This document shows positions 32,967-43,566 of a stretch of DNA of 64,000 bases, in pieces. Made by a program: the position numbers and the translations under genes. Below the pieces are notes generated by a model, which saw nothing but the letters and a program-made list of their open reading frames with translations, made no database searches and was not told the DNA's origin. The stretch's first letter is position 1. Each line of letters opens with the position of its first letter. Location of the stretch: the NCBI GenBank assembly GCA_963757055.1, contig CAVWPX010000007.1, forward strand, positions 137,070 to 201,069, given 5' to 3'. Origin of the DNA: an uncultured Chloroflexia bacterium (lineage in GTDB: Bacteria > Chloroflexota > Limnocylindria > Limnocylindrales > CSP1-4).

Positions 32967-33716
32967 ATGTCCAGCGTCCAGGCCATCAGGCGGGCATTCG
33001 ACGTGCTCGGCGCGCTCGCCTCCGGTCCGCTCGGCGTCACCGAGGTGGCGGATCGGTCCGGGCTGCCCAAGTCGACCGCGGCGCGGATGCTGGCGACGCT
33101 GGTCCACGAGGGCGCCGTCGAGCAGGTGCCGGGCGACTCGCGCTACCGGCTCGGGCCGCGGATGGCGACGCTGGCCGCGGGGCTCACGCCCGCCCGGTCG
33201 CTGGCCGCGGTCGCCCACGGGACGCTGGCCGCGCTGGCGGCGTCGGCGGGCGAGGCGGCGGGCCTGTCCGTCCCCGACGGCGACCTCGTCCACTACATCG
33301 ACCAGGTCGACACGCCCAACCCGGTCTCGGTCCGCGACTGGACCGGGAGCCGGGTGCCGCTCCACGCGGTCTCGTCCGGCCAGGTGCTGCTCGCGTTCCG
33401 GCCGCCGGCGGCCGTCGAGCGCTACCTCGAGCGGCCGTTGGAGCGGTTCACGCCACGGACCGTGGTGGACCCCGAGGCGCTGCGCGAGCGGCTGCGCGAG
33501 ATCCGGCGGGACGGGTACGCCTGGGTCCTCGAGGAGTTCGACGAGGGCATCGCGTCGGTGGCGGCGCCGATCGCCGACGGGTCCGGCGAGGTCATCGCGG
33601 CGATCCACCTGCACGGGCCGTCGTACCGCTTCCCGGCCGACGGGCAGGACGCGGCGGTCGCCGAGGCCGTGGTCGGCAGCGCGGCCCGGATCGCCGGGAG
33701 CCTGCGCCGCACGTAG
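32967..33716 (+). CDS. IclR family transcriptional regulator, divergent from corrinoid operon
   Basis: N-terminal wHTH (LGVTEVADRSGLPKSTAARMLATLV) plus C-terminal IclR effector domain; 249 aa. Confidence 0.8.
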   Translation: MSSVQAIRRAFDVLGALASGPLGVTEVADRSGLPKSTAARMLATLVHEGAVEQVPGDSRYRLGPRMATLAAGLTPARSLAAVAHGTLAALAASAGEAAGLSVPDGDLVHYIDQVDTPNPVSVRDWTGSRVPLHAVSSGQVLLAFRPPAAVERYLERPLERFTPRTVVDPEALRERLREIRRDGYAWVLEEFDEGIASVAAPIADGSGEVIAAIHLHGPSYRFPADGQDAAVAEAVVGSAARIAGSLRRT

Positions 33717-34062
33717 TCGGGCGCGGCGCGGCGGCGGCGGCCGCGTCGGCGCGCGGCGGCGGCCGCGGCGGCGGGCCGCGCGGCGTCGGGCGCGGGCGGC
33801 GGGCCGCGGCGCCTGGCACCTGCCATAACGTTCGTGCACAGAACCGTATGGCCGAAGGTGGCCTGGTTCGGGGCCGCGGGACCGGCCCTGGGCGGGTGGC
33901 GCACGCTCGGCCACGCATGGATCCGACACTCGGATCGCGATCAGCTCGACCTGGACCGGCCATTGCGTTCTGACGGCGGTCGTTATGGCATGTCGCACGC
34001 GTCGCCCGTTGCCTTCGGCCGCGCGGCCCGGATCGCCGGCAGCCTGCGCCGCACGTCGTCGG
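33681..34062. repeat. about 40-bp near-perfect direct repeat of the iclR 3' end flanking a ~300-bp GC-rich segment with a 9-bp inverted repeat (GCCATAACG...CGTTATGGC)
   Basis: copies at 33681..33720 and 34023..34062 differ at 2 positions; (GCG)n-rich spacer. Confidence 0.6.
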
Positions 34063-34204
34063 GGCACGCCTTCGGCCGTCCCAGACCCGGGCCTTCATCC
34101 CCTCTTCATCGCCTCGACCCATCCTGAGGCGACGCCGCGAACCCACGCGGCCCAGCATCCCGTCCCCGCGCTCACCACGGGGTTCCGGTAGGAAGGAGTT
34201 CGTC

Positions 34205-34770
34205 TTGGCGAACCACCGACGTCGCTCACTCGCCGCCAGCCTGCTCGTCCTGAGCGGACTGACCGCCGCCCTGGTCGGGCCGGCGGCCACCTTCGCCGCC
34301 TCGCCCGACGCGACGACCGCGACGACCGCGACGACCACACGACGACCGCCTGCAGCGAGACCCACTGGCCGGCCTCCGTGCAGGGCGTGCCGTTGACGCT
34401 CAAGGCCGGCGCGCGCGCCGGCGACTACCTCTGGCACAGCTCGACCGGGTGGCACCTGCGCGTGACCCATCCCGGGACGGCCAAGGTCGTCTTCACCGGC
34501 CGGATCGTCTCGAGCGCGCCGATGACGTTCACGCCGTGGCGGCTCGAGAAGGGCGACACGATCACCCTGAGCACCGACAAGAAGACGCTGACCTACAAGT
34601 TCAACAACTACGGCAGGATCGACGGCATCGACTTCAAGACCGCCTGCGCCCAGCGCCTGACGATCTACGCCTCGATCAACGGCCGCAAGCTCTCGCCGAG
34701 CCGGATCTGGCTCGGCCAGCACGGGCGGCATCCGCTCGAGAACCGCTTCGTGGTCGTCAAGATCGCGTGA
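34205..34770 (+). CDS. secreted hypothetical protein with signal peptide, one frameshift near 34335
   Basis: signal peptide MANHRRRSLAASLLVLSGLTAALVGPAATFAA, Thr/Ala linker, then globular domain in frame of ORF 34378..34770. Confidence 0.45.
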
Positions 34771-34920
34771 TCCGGACCTGACCCGGGGAAACCACGGCGG
34801 CGGTCGGCAACGACCGCCGCCGTCCCATGTCCGCGAGGTCCGCGGGATGTGCGAGGGCCGTGGACGTGGCGGACTCCCCGAGGGCCGCAGGCGCTGGTCG
34901 GACTCGCGAGGTCCGCGGCG

Positions 34921-35628
34921 TCAGCCGGGCCGGCCGGCGGCCTCGACCGGCTGGAAGCGGTGCTCGGCGATGAGCGTCTGGGCGTCGAACTGCCCACGCC
35001 CCAGCACGAACCAGATGGCGGTGACCGGGACGTCGCCGATGTTGGCGAGACGGTGCGGGATCGTCGAGTTGATCGAGATCGCGTCACCCGGCCCCAGGAC
35101 GAACTCCTCGAAGCCGATCCGCACCTGGAGCGAGCCGGTCAGGACGTAGCCCCACTCGTGTCCGGCATGGCGCTGGTAGGCGTCCTCCGGGCTCGATGCC
35201 CCGCCGACCTCGTAGGTCACGTGCAGGAACTCGATCCCCGGCTCGGACATCGTCGTCAGGCGCTCCCACAGCACCCCGGACGCGAGGCGGATCGAGTGCC
35301 GGTCGGCCGCGCGCTGCAGCGGGGCACCGGCCGCCATCGTGCCGACCGTCCCGGGCTGCGCCGGTGGCGGGACGGTCTCGGCGGGGCGGCGCTCATTGAA
35401 GAGCAGCTCGTCGAGCGAGACGTCCAGCTCGCCGGCGATCGCGTACAGGGTGCTGACCGAGGGGTTCGCCCGCCCCGTCTCGATCTGCGAGATCAGGCTC
35501 GGGGAGACGCCGAGCCGGTCGGCCAGCTCGCGCAGGCTGAGGCCGCGGCCGCGGCGCGCCTCGCGCAGCGCGTCGCCCATCTCCGGGTAGTCCAGCTTGC
35601 CGTTGCGGGGAGTTCGAACCGTGGCCAA
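34921..35628 (-). CDS. XRE-family HTH transcriptional regulator with C-terminal cupin domain
   Basis: HTH LSLRELADRLGVSPSLISQIETGRANPSVSTLYAIA plus cupin motifs. Confidence 0.8.
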   Translation of the reverse strand: MATVRTPRNGKLDYPEMGDALREARRGRGLSLRELADRLGVSPSLISQIETGRANPSVSTLYAIAGELDVSLDELLFNERRPAETVPPPAQPGTVGTMAAGAPLQRAADRHSIRLASGVLWERLTTMSEPGIEFLHVTYEVGGASSPEDAYQRHAGHEWGYVLTGSLQVRIGFEEFVLGPGDAISINSTIPHRLANIGDVPVTAIWFVLGRGQFDAQTLIAEHRFQPVEAAGRPG

Positions 35629-35712
35629 CCGCCTGCGTCCTTCGATCCTGATCGAGGCCCGATCTGCCTGATTATCCGCGTCGGCCGGGCCAGCCGCCGA
35701 TCGGGTCGTGGG

Positions 35713-36420
35713 CTACCGGCAGTGCCACCCGCCGTCGACGATGAGCTCGACGCCGTTGACGCCGTCGTTCTCGAGGAGGAACACGACCGCGCCGACGATC
35801 TCGTCCATCGTGACCAGACGGTCGATCGGCGTCTCCGAGGTGTACTTGGCGACCGCCGCCGGCTTCTCCGACCAGTACGGGCTGTCGCCGACGACCCCCG
35901 GATGGATCGAGTTGACCCGGCGCGGCCGGAGCTCCTCGACGAGCGTGCGCGTCAGCCCGACGACCCCGCCGTTGACCGTCGTGACCGTGGTCGAGCCCGG
36001 GTACGGCCGCTCCTTGGCCATCCCGCCGAACAGCACGATCGACGCGTCGTCGGTCAGGCGGTCGCGGAGCGTGTGGACCGTCTCCGTGTAGCCGACGAGC
36101 TTGAGCGTCACGAGCCGGATGGCCTTGACGAGGTCGTAGTCGGCGACGGTGTTCTGGTCGCGGTCGATCGCCGCGAGGACGAGCCGGCGGACCGGCCCGA
36201 CGTCGGCGAGCGCCGCCGCGATCGTGGCGGGCTCGGCCAGGTCGAAGGTCCGCCCGGTCGTCGAGCCGCCGACCTCGGCGACCGCCGCCGCGACGTTCGC
36301 CGGATCCCGCCCGGTGAGGACGACCGTGTCGCCCTTCGAGGCGTAGTGCCGCGCGATCTCCTGGCCGATCGCCCTGGTGCCGCCGACGACGACCACCGCT
36401 CCCTGGGATGCCTCGCTCAC
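35713..36420 (-). CDS. SDR family oxidoreductase
   Basis: VVVVGGTRAIG Rossmann motif; 235 aa; 4-nt overlap with bicupin gene. Confidence 0.75.
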   Translation of the reverse strand: MSEASQGAVVVVGGTRAIGQEIARHYASKGDTVVLTGRDPANVAAAVAEVGGSTTGRTFDLAEPATIAAALADVGPVRRLVLAAIDRDQNTVADYDLVKAIRLVTLKLVGYTETVHTLRDRLTDDASIVLFGGMAKERPYPGSTTVTTVNGGVVGLTRTLVEELRPRRVNSIHPGVVGDSPYWSEKPAAVAKYTSETPIDRLVTMDEIVGAVVFLLENDGVNGVELIVDGGWHCR

Positions 36421-37337
36421 GATCGTTCCTCCGTCCTGCTGGTCTCGTAGCGCTCCCAGTCGCGGATCCAGCGATAGGAGTGGCGCGCCGGCGGCTGCGG
36501 GGCCTGGGTCTCGATCCAGCGGACCCGCTCATCGCCGGTGTTGTAGAAGCCGTGGACCGAGCCGGTGGGCGCGAAGGCGTAGTCACCGGCCCGGAACGTG
36601 TAGTGCTGGCCGTCGAACTCGCCCTCGACCGCGCCGGCGAGGAAGACGTACGCCTCCTCGAACGGGTGGTCGTGGGCCTGGGCCGCGCCGCCGAGCTCGT
36701 AGTCGACCGTGAACATCGTCACGTGGTCGGCGCCGAACTGGTGGTCGACGAGCATCTTCACGGAGATGCCGCTGTAGACGACCAGCGCGGTGTCGCGACC
36801 GGCCGAGGCACGGCCGCGCGCCTCGTCCTTGATGCGCAGGGTCTCCAGCTGCGGACCGGTCCCGTCGTAATGACCCACGAGCCGGAGCGTCGGGTCGCCG
36901 AATGGCGGTCGGATGGCGGCCGCGTCCATCGCGGCGAGGTCCTGGGCCGGCTCGAAGAAGGTGTCCTTGCGACCGGCGTCGGGACCGAGCCGCTGCGGCG
37001 ACGAGAGCGACAGCATCCGGATCGGCGCGTCGCTGCTGTTCCCCAGCGCGTGCCGGTAGCCGGTCGGCATCAGCGAGTAGTCGCCGGCCGTCAGGCGGTG
37101 GACGGTGCCGGCGAGCTCGAGCAGCAGCTCGCCCTCGAGGATGTAGAGCGACTCCTCGAAGCTGTGGACGTGCGGCGCGAGCCAGCCGCCCGGCTGGATG
37201 ACCGCGACGGCGAGGTCCGTGTGGACCGCGCCCTGCTCCGGGCCGACGATGCGCACCCGCGCCACCCCGGACGAGATGGCGCTGTCGGGCGCCGGGTGAT
37301 CGGCGAACGACCAGTCGATGTGGCCCGTGTGATGCAT
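36417..37337 (-). CDS. bicupin protein (two cupin barrels)
   Basis: two repeats of cupin motifs (HVHSFEESLYILEG...; HDHPFEEAYVFLAG...) in 306 aa. Confidence 0.7.
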   Translation of the reverse strand: MHHTGHIDWSFADHPAPDSAISSGVARVRIVGPEQGAVHTDLAVAVIQPGGWLAPHVHSFEESLYILEGELLLELAGTVHRLTAGDYSLMPTGYRHALGNSSDAPIRMLSLSSPQRLGPDAGRKDTFFEPAQDLAAMDAAAIRPPFGDPTLRLVGHYDGTGPQLETLRIKDEARGRASAGRDTALVVYSGISVKMLVDHQFGADHVTMFTVDYELGGAAQAHDHPFEEAYVFLAGAVEGEFDGQHYTFRAGDYAFAPTGSVHGFYNTGDERVRWIETQAPQPPARHSYRWIRDWERYETSRTEERS

Positions 37338-37352
37338 GCCGCGCTGACCCCG

Positions 37353-38267
37353 CTACTCGAACCGTCGCGACCAGGCGTCGACGCCGACGGCCAGGAGCAG
37401 GATGACACCGAGCGTGACCTGCTGGTAGAACGGGTCGAGCCCGAGCAGGTTGAACCCGTTGGCGATGAGCGCGACGAAGAGGCAGCCCAGCACGGTCCGG
37501 CCGATGGTCCCTTCGCCGCCGAGGATGCTGGTGCCGCCGACGATGATCCCGGTGAGGACCGTGAACGTCAGGAACTGCCCGCTGCTGGCCTGGGCGCTCA
37601 GGACCCGCGACGCGTCGAGCACGCCGGCCATCGCGGCGGCGGTGCCGCTCAGGGCGAACGTCGCGACCCGGATGGCATTGACGCGGACGCCGCCGAGACG
37701 GGCCGCCTGCGTGTTGCCGCCGGTGGCATAGACGTACCGGCCGAAGGTCGTCCGGCTGAGCAGGATCATCGCGAGGATCGCGATGGCGATCATCATCCAG
37801 GCGCCGCTCGTGATGCCGAGGATCTTGGTCGCCGCGAACGCCTGGAAGTCCGCCTGGTCGAGCGCCACCACGAGGTTGCCCTTGGTCACGATCGCCGCGA
37901 TGCCGCTGACGACGAAGGTCATCGCGAGCGTCCCGATGAGCGGGTTGATCCGGAAGCGCGTGACGATCACCCCGTTCGCGATCCCGACCGCGAGACCGAC
38001 CGCGAGGCCGGCCAGGATCCCGACGGGCGCGGAGACCGCCGTCGCGGTCTGGAGCGACACGGCGGCGGCCAGGCCGTAGATCGCCCCGATCGACAGGTCG
38101 ATCCCGCCGGCGATCAGGACGAAGGTCCCCGCGCAGGCCACGATGATGATCCCGGCCTGCTGGTCGAGGATGTTCGTCAGGTTGGCGGTCTTGAGGAACG
38201 GCGGGGCGATGATCGTGAGGACCGCGAACGCGATCAGGAACGGGATCAGGATGCCGGCCCGGCTCAC
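37353..38267 (-). CDS. sugar ABC transporter permease (RbsC/monosaccharide type)
   Basis: about 9 TM helices; N-terminus short or possibly truncated. Confidence 0.75.
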   Translation of the reverse strand: MSRAGILIPFLIAFAVLTIIAPPFLKTANLTNILDQQAGIIIVACAGTFVLIAGGIDLSIGAIYGLAAAVSLQTATAVSAPVGILAGLAVGLAVGIANGVIVTRFRINPLIGTLAMTFVVSGIAAIVTKGNLVVALDQADFQAFAATKILGITSGAWMMIAIAILAMILLSRTTFGRYVYATGGNTQAARLGGVRVNAIRVATFALSGTAAAMAGVLDASRVLSAQASSGQFLTFTVLTGIIVGGTSILGGEGTIGRTVLGCLFVALIANGFNLLGLDPFYQQVTLGVILLLAVGVDAWSRRFE

Positions 38268-38330
38268 GATCTTGCCGAGACGCTGGGACAGCGGGACGGC
38301 CGGCTGGCCGGTCTCGACCGCCTCCTCGCG

Positions 38331-39850
38331 TCATGCCGCGCTCGAAGTGGTCGTGCCGAACGCTGCGCCCACGATCGCCTCCTCCGTCATGTCCGGACCC
38401 GTCAGCTCGGCGACCAGGCGCCCGGATCGCATGACGAGCACCCGATGCGCCAGGCCGAGGATCTCCTCGACCTCGTTGGAGATCAGCAGGATCGCCAGCC
38501 CGCTCGCCGCGAGCTTCACCAGGACCTCGTAGATGTCCCGCTTCGCCCCGACATCGATGCCGCGGGTCGGCTCGTCGGCGATGAGCACCCCCGGGATCGA
38601 TGAGGAGCGACCGGGCGAACAGGAGCTTCTGCTGGTTGCCGCCGGACAGCGACCCGGCGAGCGCGTCGACGAGGTCGGTGCCGTCCACCTCGCTGAGCGC
38701 GGACCGCACCTCGGTCCGCTCGGCGCCGCGCCGGACGAACCCGAAGCGCTGGAACCGGCCGAGGCTGGTGAGGCTGACGTTCTCGCGGATCGAGCGCCGG
38801 AGGATCAGCCCGTCGTCCTTGCGCGACTCGGGGATCATCGCGACGCCCGCCTTGATCGAGGCCGCGGGCTGCCGCCGACCGGACGTCCCGCGCACGAGGA
38901 CCTGCCCGGCGCTCAGCGGTGTCGGCCCCGTAGATCGCCCGCGCGAGCTCGGACTGCGCCCGGCGCCGACGAGGCCGGCGAGGCCGACGATCTCGCCCGC
39001 CCGCAGCGTGAGCGAGACGTCGGTCACGCCCGGCGCCGACAGGCCCTCGACCGAGATCGACGACGGGCGCATCGGGAGCGGGCGGCTGCTTCGCCGGATA
39101 CGTCCGGCTGACGGGCCGGCCGAGCATCCCGGTGACGAGGCTCGCCTCGGTCTCGTCGGCGATCGGGCCGGTGCGGACCACGCGGCCGTCGCGCAGCACC
39201 GTGACGGCGTCGGCCAGGTCGAGGACCTCGCCGAGGAAGTGCGAGACGAGGATCACGGTGTGGCCCCGCGCGCGCAGCCCGCGGACGACCTCGTGCAGCC
39301 GCTCCACCTCCTTCGCCGACAGGCTCGCGGACGGCTCGTCGAGGACGATGAGGTCGGCGTCCCGGGCCAGCGCCCGGAGGATCTCCACCTGCTGCTGCTG
39401 GGCCAGCGGCAGCCGGCCGACGATCGAGCCGGCCTGGATGTCGAACCCGGCGTCGGCCACCAGCTGGTCGAACCGGTCGCGCAGCGTGCCGCGCTCGATG
39501 AACCCGGCGCGCTTGGGCTCGGCACCGAGGAAGACGTTCTGGGCCGCGGTCAGCCTGGGGACCAGGGCGACCTCCTGGGCGACGAGGGCGATCCCCTGCG
39601 TCAGGGCCTCGCGCGGGGACCGGAACGAGACCGTCGTCCCGCGCAGGACCAGGTCGCCCTGGTCCTGCGGGAAGACCCCCGCGATGATCTTGCCGAGCGT
39701 TGACTTCCCGGCACCGTTCTCGCCCACGAAGGCGTGGACGGTGCCGGTGCGGACGGCCACCGACACCTCGTCGAGGGCTCGGGTCGCCCCGAAGGACTTG
39801 CCGAGCCCGCGAACCTCGAGGTGGATGGCGTCGCTGGCCTCGGTGGCCAT
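38331..39850 (-). pseudogene. sugar ABC transporter ATP-binding protein (duplicated ABC domains), about 3 frameshifts in second domain
   Basis: first ABC domain intact (GENGAGKST...LDEPSASL); second domain pieces in three frames (ORFs 36583..39072, 38516..39850, 38331..38588). Confidence 0.6.
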
Positions 39851-39874
39851 CGCGTCAGCCGACGGGTCCGCCCG

Positions 39875-40969
39875 TCAGCCCGGCCACTCCGCGAGCGGCA
39901 GGAAGTGGTCGACGTTCGCCTTGGTGACGACGCCGCCGTCCTGGAGTGTCGCGAGCGGATCCACGCCCGGGGCCGGGGTCCCGGTGCGGATCGCCTGGAT
40001 GAGCTGTGTGGTGCCCTGGCCGCCCTCGGTCGCCGGCATCTGCATGACGGTCCCGAAGCGCTCGCCCGAGGCGATGCCCTGGAGGGCGATGGTGCCGCCG
40101 CCGTAGCCGACGAGGCGGACCTTGTCCTTGATGTCCTTGACCGCGGCGACCGCGCCCGTGATGGCCTGGTCGGCGCTGACGATGACCGAGACGTCCGGAT
40201 GGGCCGCGACGATGTCCTGCGACGCCTTCAGGCCGAGCGCCGTGGTGTAGAAGGACTCGCCAGTGTCGGACACGACCTTGATCTCGGGATGCGAGGCGAT
40301 CGCGGTGTCGAACGCCTGCTTGAGCGCCTGGTCGAGGGCCGCGGCCTTGACCGACCAGATGTAGCCGACGTTGCAGGGGTTCGCCTTGAGGTCGGCGCAC
40401 GCCGTGACGACGAGCTCGCCGATCTTGCGGCCGAGCTCGCTCGGCACGAACGCGACGTTCGCGCTCAGGCCCGGGACCTGCGAGTCGGGCGTCGTCATGT
40501 CCGACCCGAGCACCTGGTCGATGTTGCCGACCGCGATGCCGGCGGCGATGGCCTTCTTGACGTCCTCGACCAGCCCGGCGCCGTAGAGCGGCTGGGTGAT
40601 GATCGCGTCGTACTTCCCGGACGCGGTCGCGTCCTGGAGCTGCTTCGTCTGGGCGGCCGGGTCGAGGTTCGCGTCGAAGACGGTCAGCTTCGCGTTGCCG
40701 GCGGCCGCGGCGGCCTGGGCGGCCGCGAGCATCGGGGCGTCGTAGCTGTTCGCCACGGCGAACGAGAGGTAGGCGATCTCGAGGGTCTTCGCCGGCGCCG
40801 AAGCCGACGGGGCGGCTTCACTGGGGGCCGCGGCGCTCGCGGCGGTCGTTGGCGCGGCGGCACTGGGGGCCGTCGTGGCCGCCGGGCTGCTACACGCTGC
40901 GAGGATGAGACTGACTCCGATCAAGCCCAGCAGGCGTTCCCGCCTGGGCCGGCCGTTTCGTGCGCGCAT
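39875..40969 (-). CDS. sugar ABC transporter substrate-binding lipoprotein
   Basis: lipobox LILAAC followed by Ala/Ser-rich linker and periplasmic-binding-protein type I fold. Confidence 0.75.
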   Translation of the reverse strand: MRARNGRPRRERLLGLIGVSLILAACSSPAATTAPSAAAPTTAASAAAPSEAAPSASAPAKTLEIAYLSFAVANSYDAPMLAAAQAAAAAGNAKLTVFDANLDPAAQTKQLQDATASGKYDAIITQPLYGAGLVEDVKKAIAAGIAVGNIDQVLGSDMTTPDSQVPGLSANVAFVPSELGRKIGELVVTACADLKANPCNVGYIWSVKAAALDQALKQAFDTAIASHPEIKVVSDTGESFYTTALGLKASQDIVAAHPDVSVIVSADQAITGAVAAVKDIKDKVRLVGYGGGTIALQGIASGERFGTVMQMPATEGGQGTTQLIQAIRTGTPAPGVDPLATLQDGGVVTKANVDHFLPLAEWPG

Positions 40970-41257
40970 GTGTCCTCCTCCACCGATCAGGCGCCGCGGC
41001 GCTGCGCCGGAGTGTGCAGAGCCGGTAAACACGTGTCAAGCCACATTGCAAGATTGTGGAGCGGTGTCGATCATCTGTTCGGTCCCACTGTCCGTGCGGA
41101 CCCGTGCCGGGACCGCCACCGGAACGTCACCGGGCCCGCGACCGTCCCGTTCCGTCCGCCACTTGCGCGGCCGGACCGGCTGTGTAGCATGGATGAACAC
41201 TTCAGCCCTCCCGCGCGGATCCAGCGATCCGCCGATCGACCGCACTGGGGTACCGCG

Positions 41258-42496
41258 ATGACCCGATCCTTCGCTTCGCCGGGCTCGATGAACGTCGACT
41301 GGGAGGAGCGCTGGAACGTCGACCGACTGCGCACCTACCGGCTGGGACGCGCCCGCGCGGCGCTCGCGGCCTCGGAGGTGGGCGCGGTCCTGCTGTTCGA
41401 CTTCAACAACATCCGCTACGTCACCAGCACCCACATCGGCGAGTGGGCGCGCGACAAGATGACGCGCTACGCGCTGCTGACGCGCGGCGGCGATCCCCAC
41501 ATCTGGGACTTCGGATCGGCCGCCAAGCACCACCGGCTCAACTGCCCGTGGATGCGCCAGGAGAACATCCACGCGGGCATGGTCGGCCTGCGCGGCGCCG
41601 TGGCCCCGGACGCGGGCCTGTTCCGCTCCGCCGCCAAGGAGATCGCCCGCATCCTCAAGGACGAGGGCGTCGCCGACATGCCGATCGGCATCGACCTCGC
41701 CGAGCCCCCGATGCTCGCGGCGCTCGCCGAGGAGGGCGTCAAGATCCTCGACGGGCAGCAGGTGATGCTCGACGCCCGCGAGGTCAAGTCGATCGACGAG
41801 ATCATCCTGCTCAACACCGCCTGCGCCATGGTCGACGGGGCCTACCAGATGCTCGCCGAGCAGCTGAAGCCAGGGGTCCGCGAGAGCGAGCTGGTCGCCA
41901 ACGTGACGAAGGCGCTCTTCGACATGGGCTCCGAGCACGTCGACAACATCAACGCGGTCTCGGGCGAGCGCTGCAGCCCGCATCCGCACGTCTTCAGCGA
42001 CCGCCTGATCCGCCCGGGCGACCAGGCCTTCTTCGACATCATCCACACGTTCGTCGGCTACAAGACCTGCTACTACCGAACGTTCGTGGTCGGCAAGGCG
42101 ACGGACCCGCAGCGCGACGCCTATAAGCGCGCCCGGGAATGGATCGACGCCTCGATCGAGCTGATGCGGCCGGGCGTCACCACGGACCAGGTCGCCAAGG
42201 TCTGGCCGAAGGCGCAGGACTTCGGCTTCGACAACGAGATGGAGTGCTTCGGGCTCCAGTTCGGCCACAGCGTCGGCCTGTTCCTGCACGAGCGGCCGAT
42301 CATCAGCCGGCTCAACTCGATCGACCACCCGGTCGAGCTCAAGGAGGGCATGGTCATCGCGCTCGAGACCTACTGCCCGGCGAAGGACGGCGTGTCCGCC
42401 GCCCGGATCGAGGAGGAGGTCGTGGTCACCGCGGACGGCCCCGTCGTCATCACGAAGTTCCCGTCGGACGAGCTGTTCGTCGCCAACGCGTACTAG
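41258..42496 (+). CDS. M24 family metallopeptidase-fold hydrolase (creatinase / Xaa-Pro dipeptidase / ectoine hydrolase-like)
   Basis: pita-bread fold metal-ligand residues in C-terminal half; 412 aa taken from MTRSF start within long ORF 39734..42496. Confidence 0.7.
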   Translation: MTRSFASPGSMNVDWEERWNVDRLRTYRLGRARAALAASEVGAVLLFDFNNIRYVTSTHIGEWARDKMTRYALLTRGGDPHIWDFGSAAKHHRLNCPWMRQENIHAGMVGLRGAVAPDAGLFRSAAKEIARILKDEGVADMPIGIDLAEPPMLAALAEEGVKILDGQQVMLDAREVKSIDEIILLNTACAMVDGAYQMLAEQLKPGVRESELVANVTKALFDMGSEHVDNINAVSGERCSPHPHVFSDRLIRPGDQAFFDIIHTFVGYKTCYYRTFVVGKATDPQRDAYKRAREWIDASIELMRPGVTTDQVAKVWPKAQDFGFDNEMECFGLQFGHSVGLFLHERPIISRLNSIDHPVELKEGMVIALETYCPAKDGVSAARIEEEVVVTADGPVVITKFPSDELFVANAY

Positions 42497-42509
42497 GAGA
42501 CAGGAGCCC

Positions 42510-43524
42510 ATGGCGACGACCGCGCCCGACATCGAGCGGGCCACCCAGCTGCGGATGTACCGGACGATGCAGGAGTGCCGCCTGTTCGAGGTGCGCGCCC
42601 AGGAGCTGTTCTTCGAGGGCCTCGTGCGCGGCACGACCCACCTCGGCATCGGCCAGGAGGCCGTGGCGGCCGGGGTCGCGGCGGCGATGCGCGACGACGA
42701 CTACACGTTCTGCACGTACCGCGGCCACAACCACACGCTCGCCCGGGGCGTGCCGATGGCGCCGATCTTCGCCGAGCTGTTCGGGCGTGGGACGGGCCTC
42801 CTCGGGGGCAAGGGCGGGTCGATGCACCTGACCAGCGTCGAGCACCACGCGATGGGCTCGTACGCGATCGTCGGGGCGCACCTGCCGATCGCGCTCGGGC
42901 GCCGCGTGGTCCGCGCAGTACCGCAAGTCCGGGCAGGTGGCGGTCTGCTTCTTCGGCGACGGGACCACGAACATCGGCTCGTTCCACGAGGCGCTGAACA
43001 TGGCCGCCGTCTGGAAGGCGCCCGTCGTGTTCGTCTGCGAGAACAACCAGTACATGGAGTACACCGCGATCGGCGACGTGACCGCGGTGCCGCGGCCGGC
43101 CGCGGACCGGGCGAGCGCCTACGGCCTCGAGGCGATCGTGGTCGACGGCAACGACGTCGAGGCGGTCCATCGCGTGGCCGTGGCGGCGGTCGACCGGGCA
43201 CGAGCGGGCGACGGGCCGTCGCTCATCGAGGCCATCACCTACCGCCACGGCGGCCACTCGCGGGCAGACCCGGGCAAGTACCGGCCCGACGACGAGGTGG
43301 CCGCCTGGAAGGCGCGCGACCCCATCCCCGCCTACCGCGCCCGGCTGCTCGCGGACGGCGCCGACGAGGCGGGCCTGGACGCGATCGACGAGGCGGCCCG
43401 CGATGCCGTGGCCGCGGCCGAGGCGATCGCCCGGGAGGCGCCGGAGCCCAGCCCGGACGTGCTGGAGACCCAGGTCTGGGCGGATGGAGGCTCGGCGTGG
43501 CGGAGTCCTCGCGCCGATGGCTAG
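42510..43524 (+). CDS. thiamine-diphosphate-dependent dehydrogenase E1 alpha subunit, one frameshift near 42905
   Basis: TPP-binding region GDGTTNIGSFHEALNMAAVWKAPVVFVCENNQY in frame of ORF 42937..43524, N-terminal part in frame of 42510. Confidence 0.75.
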
Positions 43525-43566
43525 CAGGGGCGTCGCCTCGGCGCTCGGAGAGGCGGGTGGCAGCAC

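Noticed and set aside
33717-33810. (GCG)n tract translated as poly-Ala/Arg in several ORFs
   Set aside because: Simple-sequence DNA between iclR and the duplicated iclR tail; there is no codon-usage or homology support for coding.
42575-43201. Overlapping ORFs in alternative frames within the E1 alpha gene (42575..42997 plus; 42701..43201 minus)
   Set aside because: Arg/Pro-rich off-frame translations of a gene with clear TPP-enzyme homology in the main frames.
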